Below, piece by piece: positions 18,903-27,641 of a stretch of 64,000 bases of DNA. The position numbers and the translations under genes are program-made. This stretch comes from an uncultured Rhodothermaceae bacterium (GTDB taxonomy: Bacteria; Bacteroidota; Rhodothermia; Rhodothermales; JAHQVL01): the NCBI GenBank assembly GCA_964525535.1, contig CAZGHT010000006.1:43544-107543 (forward strand), given 5' to 3'. The notes beneath the pieces are model-generated. The model worked only from the letters and a program-made list of their open reading frames with translations. It was not told the DNA's origin and ran no database searches. How positions within the stretch are numbered: the first letter of the stretch is position 1; each line of letters begins with the position of its first letter.

Positions 18903-19388
18903 CTAAAAGTAATACCTGAGGCCGACGGCTCCTCCCAGTTCCAGTGAGCTGACCGGTGTGATCTCAACGGACGGATTGGTTTGAAGAAATACTTCAAACT
19001 TTTCCACGAAGAAGTTCAGGCCTGCAACCACGCTCAAGCTGGCTGTCTGGATGAGTTTCTTGCTGGAGTCGTCACGCCCTATGGATGCTCCGGGGCCTAC
19101 ATAGAGCCGCAGCGGAGAGTCAGGTATCGGGTTTTCGTAGATCAAATAAGAACTCAAGGACAGAAACTGCTCCAGATTGATGGAGGAAACCACGATGATC
19201 CCCATATCTTTGCGGAAGTAATACTTTGTGGTAATCCCATCGGGGGTGCCCACCTGGCCACCAAGGCCGAGGCGCCCCTGAGATCGACTGTCCTGGGCCG
19301 GGCTCGGGCTGGTCAGAAACGGAAATACCGAGAGCAGAACGAATGCAAGCGAGAAGGTAGGGTGAGGAAGGGCGATAGAGCGCATCAT
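18903..19388 (-). CDS. Small outer-membrane beta-barrel protein
   Basis: It has a signal peptide and alternating strands, and its C-terminus is ...GGAVGLRYYF. Confidence 0.6.
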   Translation of the reverse strand: MMRSIALPHPTFSLAFVLLSVFPFLTSPSPAQDSRSQGRLGLGGQVGTPDGITTKYYFRKDMGIIVVSSINLEQFLSLSSYLIYENPIPDSPLRLYVGPGASIGRDDSSKKLIQTASLSVVAGLNFFVEKFEVFLQTNPSVEITPVSSLELGGAVGLRYYF

Positions 19389-19409
19389 GCAGCAATGGGC
19401 TGATCCCGT

Positions 19410-19949
19410 TCACACAGGAGCCCCGGGATAAAACGAGCTGAGGACGTCTTCTTTCAAGTATTCGGTGTCTTTCAGCGTAACCCTGCCCGCCAGAAGCAAA
19501 CGGAGCTCTCTTCGTTTTGCGGCTTGAATGTAGCGTTCCTCCTCTTCGTCCGTTTCAGGATGAATGGGAGGCGCTTCGACGGGTTTGTCCTGCTCATCGA
19601 CAGCCACAAACGTAAAAAAGGCCTGATTGCACTTGCGGCATGTTTGTGCGATGGGGTTCTCGGCCCATACATTCAATTCGACCTCCATCGAGGTACGGAA
19701 CGTTCGATTTACCTGGCCTTTGATGACGACGATCTCACCTTCTTTGATCGGGGATTGGAATTTCACAGAATCGACTGCGGCAGTGACACAAACCCGATTG
19801 GTATGGCGCTGAGCCGAAATGGCAGCACAGATATCCATCAGATACAACAGCCGCCCCCCCATCATGTTGCCGAGGCTATTCGTATGGTTGGGGAGGACGA
19901 TTTCGTTGACTTCGCAATAGGACTGGGATACGGTCTTTCTTTCGGCCAT
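19410..19949 (-). CDS. Acyl-CoA thioesterase (hotdog fold, YciA/Acot type)
   Basis: Internal Met gives MAERKTVSQS...VLPNHTNSLGNMMGGRLLYLMDICAAISAQRH. Confidence 0.8.
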   Translation of the reverse strand: MAERKTVSQSYCEVNEIVLPNHTNSLGNMMGGRLLYLMDICAAISAQRHTNRVCVTAAVDSVKFQSPIKEGEIVVIKGQVNRTFRTSMEVELNVWAENPIAQTCRKCNQAFFTFVAVDEQDKPVEAPPIHPETDEEEERYIQAAKRRELRLLLAGRVTLKDTEYLKEDVLSSFYPGAPV

Positions 19950-20049
19950 GGGTATACAGGCTTTGCCGTTACAGAGCGATCCTTGCCGTGGCGGGAAACC
20001 CGGCCGGCGACAGGGCAACACCCCCCAGAAGGGAGCGTGAACCTCAGGA

Positions 20050-21324
20050 TCAGGTTTTCTGTTTCTTCTTCTTGGCTGCAGGAAAAAGCACGTTGTTCAG
20101 GATCAGGCGGTATCCCGGCGAATTCTTATGTAAGGCAAGGTCGGTGGGTGGGTCGCCGACGTAATGTTGATAGTCTTCCGGGTCGTGTCCGGCGTAGAAC
20201 GTGAAAGTGCCCTGGCCGAACGAGCCGTGGAGATAGCGTACTTCGTCACGCCCGGGTGCTTCGGCCATGATGACGACATTGGGTTTGATATGAGACTTGC
20301 GAAAATTGGTCGTCTGCCCCACAAACCCTTTGACCGTAGATACGTGGTTTTGCGTGAGCATGGTGGGTACGGGGTCCCACTTGGCGGAAAACTCGAACAA
20401 CGTGAAGTAGTCGAGCGCAGGGTTGCGAAGTTGAGGCGGGGGAGGCCCTGTGTCTATATCAGAGTGCTCGTATTGTTGGGCGTTGAAATTGGGCCTGAAA
20501 TTGTGAAAAGCGAAGGTCCGGGTATAGTCGAGCTTTGAAGGTGCATTGGGGTCGATCGGGTCGCCGTCGTATTCACTGGGCACGATATCGGTATTTGCGG
20601 CGGCAACGGCAATATCGAAGGTATCGGTGCCGGAGCACATCGCGAACAGAAACCCGCCGTTCGTCACGTAGTCCTGAATGGTCTGAGCTACGACCAGTTT
20701 GAGCTGGCTGACTTTGCGAAAGCCATGGCGTTTTGCAGCCGCTTCTGCCTGTCGTTGTTGTTCGATATACCAGGGCATGGAACGGTATTGCATGAACTTA
20801 CCGTACTGGCCCGTGAAGTCTTCGTGATGGAGGTGAAGCCAGTCGTACTTGCTGAGCTCGCCGTTTAGGACGTCGTCGTCGTAAATCATTTCGTAAGGCA
20901 CTTCCGCATAGGTCAGTGCCAGCAGGACCGCGTCGTCCCAGGGGAGTGTTTGCTTGGGAGCGTAAACGGCGATGCGAGGGGCTTTCTCGAGCCGTACGAC
21001 GGAAGTGTTGCTGGATTCGCTTTCGACCGTCGAAATGATGGTTGCCGTGCCAGCCCCATCGACGGTTTCATAAAAGACGCCTCGGATCCGCAACTCCTGC
21101 TCGAGGGCTGTGTCGTGTTGCAGTAGAAATGACCCGCCCCGATAATTGAGCAGCCAGTCTACGACTACTCCCCTTTCGAGAGACCAGAATGCGACGCCAT
21201 AGGCTTTCAGGTGATCGGTTTGCCGGGAATCCATGGGGATCAGGATGTCCTGCGCGGAGGCGGGGCTGCTCCATGCGGTCAACGCGCATATGAGTAAGAG
21301 CAATAGATTTCTTTTGTTAAGCAT
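20050..21324 (-). CDS. Conserved secreted protein of unknown function
   Basis: Signal peptide MLNKRNLLLLLICALTAWSSPASAQ and a 424-aa ORF with a Lys-rich tail. From memory, this family is often mislabelled asparagine synthetase B in Bacteroidota. Confidence 0.55.
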   Translation of the reverse strand: MLNKRNLLLLLICALTAWSSPASAQDILIPMDSRQTDHLKAYGVAFWSLERGVVVDWLLNYRGGSFLLQHDTALEQELRIRGVFYETVDGAGTATIISTVESESSNTSVVRLEKAPRIAVYAPKQTLPWDDAVLLALTYAEVPYEMIYDDDVLNGELSKYDWLHLHHEDFTGQYGKFMQYRSMPWYIEQQRQAEAAAKRHGFRKVSQLKLVVAQTIQDYVTNGGFLFAMCSGTDTFDIAVAAANTDIVPSEYDGDPIDPNAPSKLDYTRTFAFHNFRPNFNAQQYEHSDIDTGPPPPQLRNPALDYFTLFEFSAKWDPVPTMLTQNHVSTVKGFVGQTTNFRKSHIKPNVVIMAEAPGRDEVRYLHGSFGQGTFTFYAGHDPEDYQHYVGDPPTDLALHKNSPGYRLILNNVLFPAAKKKKQKT

Positions 21325-21385
21325 GAATTCTTGAATTGTATGAAGGACTCCTTATGCGGGATGATTCGACAACATGGAAAACGGG

Positions 21386-23251
21386 TCAGGTGCCGTCGCC
21401 TCTGAGAATTCGTATACGTTCGCGGGCCTTGGAGGTGAGCAGCGATCCTGAATAGTCGCTCAGCAGACGGTTGTAGGTATCGATGGCCAGGTCCTCGTCG
21501 CCGATCTCGAACTCGTACATTTGCGCGGCTGCGAACAGGCATCGATCCACCAGGAAACTTTCGGGATGGATGAGGGGGAACTCGAGCAAAGCGTTGAGGG
21601 CTTCCTGGGTTCTGCCGATTTCACGCAGCGTGGTCGCTTTCAGGTACCGGACATCATCCATGAGGGGATGGTTGCCAAATTGCAGCAAGAGCGAATCCAG
21701 GACAGCCAGTGCTTCAGGGTAAATACGTTGCCGGGCTGCCAGGGAGGCCCGGGCATACATTTTCAGCGGTGTATTCAATGAATCCGGCCCTCTATTCTCG
21801 AACAGGAGCACCTTCAATTCGATGGCGTCGTTTGCGATGTCGGTCGATGTGTTTTCGTTCATGACCTGGGCCAGCGTCATGGCAGCGTCGAATTCGCCCT
21901 GATAGAAGTGGATGAGGGCCAGTTCGTACCGCGCACGTTCCGCCAGTTCTCCGATACGGAGCGTTTCTTCGATTCTGGAGAACGTCACGCGCGCTCGGGT
22001 CAGCTGGCCGCGCATGAGGGCAATCTTGCCCAGATCAAAGTTTGCCTGGTGATAGGCGTCGCTGGAGGGGTAGTTGTTGATCACCTCTTGCAATATCGAT
22101 TCTGCATCGCCGAGGGCATAGAAGACGTCTTGTTGAAGCCGCCCGATGCGTTGCAGGACGTGGGGATAGGACGAGTGGGTCGGGTATTTCTGGATGAAGG
22201 CGCGGTATGCCTCGAGCGCAGCTTCATAATGCGGCGCCGGGATGCGGTTGCCTTTTTCATCGAACGCGCGTTCGGCGACATCGGAGGCGTGCCTTTCGTG
22301 CATCTGGCCGAGGCCCAGCTGAGCTTCAGGCGCCGCCGGAGAGTCCGGGTACCGCTCGAGGATCTCCGCATAAGCCTTGGACGCTATTTCGTACGCTCCC
22401 GCGTCGGCAGCCTGCTGGGCAAACGTGAACAGTACGTTGCCGCTTTCTTGCTCCAGGCGATCGACGGCCCGGTAGACGTCGAAGGCTTCGTCGTACATCC
22501 GTGCTTCTATATACAACCACCCCAGTAACTCTCGATAAGAACGGTTTAACGGTTCCAACCGAACGGCCTCCTCTGCAATGGGAATCCCTGCTTCCAGGAC
22601 GCCCTCCTGGGTGACGAAGCGGCCCAGCCGGCTGCGGACAAAGCTCAACTGTCGTTCATTGCGCGCCAGCAGCCCCAGATATTCCTGCATGGATTTGTCG
22701 TGCGCTCCCGTCAGGCTGTACAACCAGGCAAGATCGATCTGGAATACGTCCGGGCTGTCCAGCCGTTCACGCGCTTGTTCGAGTACCTCGACCGATTTTT
22801 CGAAGAGTCTCACTTTTGAGAGGGACTGATAAACGATCCGGTACGTGTTGACCTGACTGGGTCTCTGCTGAATGGCCGTCTCCCAGGTACGATACGCCTC
22901 TTGCTCCGACCCTTTGAGGAATTGGAGACGGGCTTTCTCGGCGGTCAGGCCTACTTCGTTGGCATCTATCGGGAGTCGACTTTCTACCAGGGCGATGGCT
23001 TCATCGTACTTTTTTACGTTTTCGTACGCTTCTTTGAGCTTCTCGAAGAACACGTACGTAGCCGGGCTATCGTCGTACAGGTCTTCGAGCAGCGTGATCG
23101 CCCGGTCGAACTGGCCGGCTCGTAGATAAGAGTCTGCCAGTTGGAAGCGCGTGACCAGCGTACTGTCGATCTGCTGAGCTCGCGCATCCAGTGCGGATGA
23201 GAAAACCAGGCTCAAGACGAAAAAGAAGAAAAAACTGCGGTATGGTATCAT
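21386..23251 (-). CDS. TPR-repeat protein, secreted
   Basis: Internal Met gives MIPYRSFFFFFVLSLVFSSALDARAQ. It carries many TPR-like A..Y.....YDEA helices. Confidence 0.7.
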   Translation of the reverse strand: MIPYRSFFFFFVLSLVFSSALDARAQQIDSTLVTRFQLADSYLRAGQFDRAITLLEDLYDDSPATYVFFEKLKEAYENVKKYDEAIALVESRLPIDANEVGLTAEKARLQFLKGSEQEAYRTWETAIQQRPSQVNTYRIVYQSLSKVRLFEKSVEVLEQARERLDSPDVFQIDLAWLYSLTGAHDKSMQEYLGLLARNERQLSFVRSRLGRFVTQEGVLEAGIPIAEEAVRLEPLNRSYRELLGWLYIEARMYDEAFDVYRAVDRLEQESGNVLFTFAQQAADAGAYEIASKAYAEILERYPDSPAAPEAQLGLGQMHERHASDVAERAFDEKGNRIPAPHYEAALEAYRAFIQKYPTHSSYPHVLQRIGRLQQDVFYALGDAESILQEVINNYPSSDAYHQANFDLGKIALMRGQLTRARVTFSRIEETLRIGELAERARYELALIHFYQGEFDAAMTLAQVMNENTSTDIANDAIELKVLLFENRGPDSLNTPLKMYARASLAARQRIYPEALAVLDSLLLQFGNHPLMDDVRYLKATTLREIGRTQEALNALLEFPLIHPESFLVDRCLFAAAQMYEFEIGDEDLAIDTYNRLLSDYSGSLLTSKARERIRILRGDGT

Positions 23252-23444
23252 AGACGTCGTTTGTTCAGCACGAATCCGATGGAGCCCGTGGAACCGGTCT
23301 GAGATCCGCTTGGGAGACTCAGAGCCGGCGCATCCAGAAAAGCGGCCTGCTTGACCCGGTCGGCTTTCACTGCGGGCAGATGCCTGATCCCGCAGGTATC
23401 GGAGACTGTATTGATATTCTACAGGCAAGACATCAACTTATGGT

Positions 23445-23577
23445 AAGTGATGGTACGCGAACTGTGCACAGCCACTCGTTTTGCCGGCTTTGAAATAATG
23501 CGTTGCTGTCGGTTTTCGTCTGTTTCAGCCTTTTCAAAGCCGTTGCGGCCGAACATGGTGCCCAGATGCGTACCATC
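23445..23577 (-). repeat. Inverted-orientation copy of the palindromic element, with an apical insertion
   Basis: aagtgatggtacgcgaactgtgcacagc...ggctttgaa-(about 38 nt)-ttcaaagcc...gcgtaccatc. Confidence 0.8.
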
Positions 23578-23854
23578 TATAATGTAAAAAGCATTATTTT
23601 CGTTTCGACTTCTTCGTTATGTGTATCCGTTTTCCTGCAAAAGGGTCCACATAGAAAGGAAAAGCCTGCACAGAGAGGAACGTCTTCACTGCAAAGGACG
23701 GCCCTCGCGGTCGCCGGCTCGGGGCGTACCGGCGGTGCAGACCCCACAGAATTGAATTACAGAAAGAGTGCCAACTCCGGTCGAAGCTGAAATACTCGGG
23801 CCCGAGGTTGCCGCTCCGGCGGATATGTTTTCCAGGCATGGACTAATCTCAAAC

Positions 23855-25066
23855 ATGGACTATTCTTCAGCAACAGCCCGGTCGCGGAGGGAAGAACCGC
23901 CTGAATCTGTGGGACTGGCCATTTTAGGGTCGACGGGTTCCATCGGTACACAGGCGCTGGATATCGTGCGTTTATTCCCCGACAGGTTACGGGTTGAATC
24001 TCTTTCCGCGTACAACAACGTCGACCTCCTGGCCGAACAGGCCCTGGAGTTCAGTCCCAGGCTCGTTGTCATCGGCCGAGAGGATAAGTACCGCGAGCTC
24101 AAGGATCGACTCGAAGGGGAGCCCATAGAAGTTGGGGTTGGGTCAGAGGGTATGGCAACAGCGGCATCGTTGGCTCAGGTGGATACCGTCGTCGCCGCCG
24201 TTGTCGGATTTGCCGGCCTGGAGCCGGTGATCGAAGCAATCCGTGCCGGCAAAGTGGTGGCGCTCGCGAACAAGGAAACGCTCGTGGCCGCCGGCGACAT
24301 CGTGCACCGGTTGCTGGTGGAGTACGAGGGAAGGCTGCTTCCCGTGGACAGCGAGCACTCCGCCATCTATCAGTGCCTCGTTGGAGAACCTCGCGAGGCC
24401 ATAGAGAAGTTGATTCTAACGGCATCGGGAGGGCCATTCCGGACGCGGGACCAGGCGTCGTTTCCTTCCATCACGCGTGAAGAGGCCTTGCAGCATCCCA
24501 ACTGGTCGATGGGCTCCAAAATTACTATCGATTCGGCGACGATGATGAACAAGGGGCTCGAAGTCATCGAAGCATACTGGTTGTTCGAGATCGAACTGGA
24601 AAAAATTGATGTGCTCGTGCATCCCCAGTCTATCGTTCATTCCCTGGTGACCTTCCGTGACGGGTCGACCAAAGCGCAGCTGGGCGCCCCTGACATGCGA
24701 GTGCCTATCCAATATGCTTTGAGTTATCCGGATCGCTGGGGTGGGCCTCATCCGAGAGTCGACTGGTCCGCTCTGGCAACCCTCGACTTCGAGGTGCCCG
24801 ATCGGGACAAATTTCCTTGCTTACAGCTCGCCTACGACGCGCTGAACCAGGGTGGGCTGGCTCCGGCGGTATTGAACTCCGCCAACGAAGCGGCCGTAGC
24901 GCTGTTTCTCATGGACATGATCCGCTTCGTCGACATCCCCGATATCATCGGAGATGCGCTCGCCAGATACGGCCAATCGGGGGCATTTTCGCTCGAAAGT
25001 TTGATGGATGTGCACCAGAAAGTCCAAAATCACGTTCAGGAACTCTATGGGGCCCGTACTAATTGA
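23855..25066 (+). CDS. dxr: 1-deoxy-D-xylulose-5-phosphate reductoisomerase
   Basis: LAILGSTGSIGTQALDIV NADPH motif, then LPVDSEHSAIYQC and NKGLEVIEA. The start is uncertain (23768 GTG, 23825 or 23855). Confidence 0.9.
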   Translation: MDYSSATARSRREEPPESVGLAILGSTGSIGTQALDIVRLFPDRLRVESLSAYNNVDLLAEQALEFSPRLVVIGREDKYRELKDRLEGEPIEVGVGSEGMATAASLAQVDTVVAAVVGFAGLEPVIEAIRAGKVVALANKETLVAAGDIVHRLLVEYEGRLLPVDSEHSAIYQCLVGEPREAIEKLILTASGGPFRTRDQASFPSITREEALQHPNWSMGSKITIDSATMMNKGLEVIEAYWLFEIELEKIDVLVHPQSIVHSLVTFRDGSTKAQLGAPDMRVPIQYALSYPDRWGGPHPRVDWSALATLDFEVPDRDKFPCLQLAYDALNQGGLAPAVLNSANEAAVALFLMDMIRFVDIPDIIGDALARYGQSGAFSLESLMDVHQKVQNHVQELYGARTN

Positions 25067-25169
25067 ATACCCTTTAAAATTCTATATCTTGTAACGCCCC
25101 ATTACGTGTTTTCGGTGCTCGATCCGAGCATCTTTCAAGATTGGTAAACGGTTCCCTCAACGAAGGTCT

Positions 25170-26591
25170 ATGGAACAAGCTTTGGAAATTTTATCGTACG
25201 TCGGCTGGGTTCTCCTCGCCATTACGATTCTCGTATTTGTGCATGAAATGGGGCATTTCTTGACCGCCAAGCTATTCAAGATGCGCGTCGAGAAGTTTTC
25301 CGTCGGTTTCCCGCCAAAGATTTTGGGGAAGAAGATGGGGGATACGGAATACGTGCTCGGGGCTACGCCGCTCGGTGGTTATGTCAAGATATCGGGGATG
25401 ATCGACGAAAGCATGGATTCCTCGTTTGTGCAGTCGGAACCCAAACCCTGGGAGTTTCGGGCCAAACCGGTCTGGCAACGTATCGTCGTTATCACGGCAG
25501 GCGTCATCTTCAACGTCATTCTAGCGGCTATTATATTCATCGGCCTGAAGTATGCGTATGGAGATCAGTACCTGCCGGCCGAAAATGTGACAGGCATTTA
25601 CGTGGCCGACAGCTCGCTGGCGTACAATATCGGGTTGAGGACCGGCGATCGCATCACCGCCGTGAGCGGAGAAAAGCTGGACCGCTACAACGATCTCGAA
25701 GGGCAGCGGCTGCTGGCCGACCCCTTGACCTTCACGGTCGAGCGGGACGGCGAAGAACTCACCTTCGACGGGCCTGAGAATATTATGACCCTTCTCGGTC
25801 GAGCAGGCGAAGAGGGATTGGGCATCTCGTTTGAACCGAGTATGATCTCGGATGTGCTCAGCGGCTCCCCCGCCGACGAGATCGGTTTGAGACCCTACGA
25901 CCGGATCAGCAGCATAGACGGCCAGCCGGTGCAGTTCTGGCGCCAGATGACGGGCCTGATTCGAGCTACAGAAGGCGACCCCATGACCGTGCAATGGGAG
26001 CGCCCCCTGGAACTGGCGGATACCGCTTCTGCGCTGCCGGAAAACGTGGAACTGGTTGAGGTCGGGGATTCGCTGATCGTGTATCAAGCCAGCGTGGCTC
26101 CCGAGATGAATGAAACGACCGGAACCTACATCCTCGGCGTAAACCCGCCTACTTTCGAAATGCTCAGTCAAACGCTCGGCATTCGAAAAGACAAGATATC
26201 GTTCAGCAGGGCTGTCGTGCTCGGCGTAAATGAGACATGGTTGAATACGGGCGCCGTCGTAACCAGTCTGAACAGGATCTTTACAGGCCGCGAAGATTGG
26301 CGAGATAATCTCGGCGGCCCTGTCCGCGTTGCAAAGTATACCAAGGAAGCAGCCGATGCCGGGATCAGGTACTTCTGGAGAATTGTGGCGATGCTTTCGA
26401 TCACGCTCGCTATCATGAACATTCTGCCGATCCCTGCTCTCGACGGAGGACACTTGGTCTTTCTGATTTACGAAGGTATCACACGCAGAGAACCTTCGAT
26501 CAAAGTGCGCATGTGGCTGCAGCAAATCGGAATGGCTTTATTGCTTGTCTTTATCACTTTTCTCGTATTTAACGACATCTTGCGCTGGTAA
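25170..26591 (+). CDS. rseP: RIP zinc metalloprotease RseP (site-2 protease)
   Basis: HEMGHFLTAK HExxH motif, PDZ region and NILPIPALDGGHL motif. Confidence 0.9.
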   Translation: MEQALEILSYVGWVLLAITILVFVHEMGHFLTAKLFKMRVEKFSVGFPPKILGKKMGDTEYVLGATPLGGYVKISGMIDESMDSSFVQSEPKPWEFRAKPVWQRIVVITAGVIFNVILAAIIFIGLKYAYGDQYLPAENVTGIYVADSSLAYNIGLRTGDRITAVSGEKLDRYNDLEGQRLLADPLTFTVERDGEELTFDGPENIMTLLGRAGEEGLGISFEPSMISDVLSGSPADEIGLRPYDRISSIDGQPVQFWRQMTGLIRATEGDPMTVQWERPLELADTASALPENVELVEVGDSLIVYQASVAPEMNETTGTYILGVNPPTFEMLSQTLGIRKDKISFSRAVVLGVNETWLNTGAVVTSLNRIFTGREDWRDNLGGPVRVAKYTKEAADAGIRYFWRIVAMLSITLAIMNILPIPALDGGHLVFLIYEGITRREPSIKVRMWLQQIGMALLLVFITFLVFNDILRW

Positions 26592-26653
26592 AATGCGTAC
26601 GATGTTCCGATTATTGGGTACGTATCGTTCATCTCTACTGGACAGACAAAAAG

Positions 26654-27433
26654 GTGTTACAGGACGTTAATTCGCACACGACAGGCCAATCGGAAACAGA
26701 TTCTATCAGGCAGACCTCACTGCGCCAGAGCGGCTCGATCCCCCGTCACATCGCGATCATCATGGACGGCAATGGAAGATGGGCCAAACAGCGGGGTAAA
26801 ATGAGGGTTTTCGGCCATTACGAAGGAGTGGAATCGGTACGTGATGTTACGGAGGCCTGTGCGCAGCTGGGCGTCCAGTACCTGACCCTGTACACCTTCA
26901 GCACAGAAAACTGGCACCGCCCGATTACCGAAGTGCATGCTTTGATGCAACTGCTGATCCGCACGGTGCGCCGAGAGCGGGATACCTTGATGCGAAACGA
27001 CATTCAGCTGCGAGCCATCGGCGATATCGCACAGCTTCCAGAGGCCTGCCAGAAAGAGCTTAACGATTGTATGGCACTGACCGCCGGGAATAAACGTATG
27101 GTGATGAACCTGGCTCTGTCCTATAGCGGTCGATGGGATATCCTGAATGCCGTACAACAAATCGCCGACAAGGTGAGACGCGGCGACCTGGATGCGCATG
27201 AAATCACGAATGAAGTGATTGGTGATCATCTATCCACCCACACAATTCCCGACCCTGACCTGCTCATCCGAACGGGCGGAGAGTTCAGGGTCTCTAACTT
27301 CCTGCTCTGGGAAATTGCATACACCGAATTCTATGTAACCCGGGAATATTGGCCCAACTTCCGTAGAGACTCCCTCTATGAGGCAATTCAGGATTTCCAG
27401 AAACGCGAACGGCGTTTCGGCCGGATCAAATGA
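26654..27433 (+). CDS. uppS: Undecaprenyl-diphosphate synthase
   Basis: HIAIIMDGNGRWA and RTGGEFRVSNFLLWEIAYTEFY motifs. GTG start. Confidence 0.9.
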   Translation: MLQDVNSHTTGQSETDSIRQTSLRQSGSIPRHIAIIMDGNGRWAKQRGKMRVFGHYEGVESVRDVTEACAQLGVQYLTLYTFSTENWHRPITEVHALMQLLIRTVRRERDTLMRNDIQLRAIGDIAQLPEACQKELNDCMALTAGNKRMVMNLALSYSGRWDILNAVQQIADKVRRGDLDAHEITNEVIGDHLSTHTIPDPDLLIRTGGEFRVSNFLLWEIAYTEFYVTREYWPNFRRDSLYEAIQDFQKRERRFGRIK

Positions 27434-27641
27434 TCGCGAGGGCCTCCGTAGAGGACCCACCCACCCACGCTCTCTATCCTCAACGTGACTTTCACCATCG
27501 GCGCAATAATAGAGCCCACTCGTCGTTTTATGTAGGTACGTGTTCCTTATAACGAAACTCGTCTCGTGACTGACAGTGTAAATGACCTGTATCGTACTGC
27601 GGCAGCCATACAGGTTTTACGAGCAATTGCGCCCTGATATT

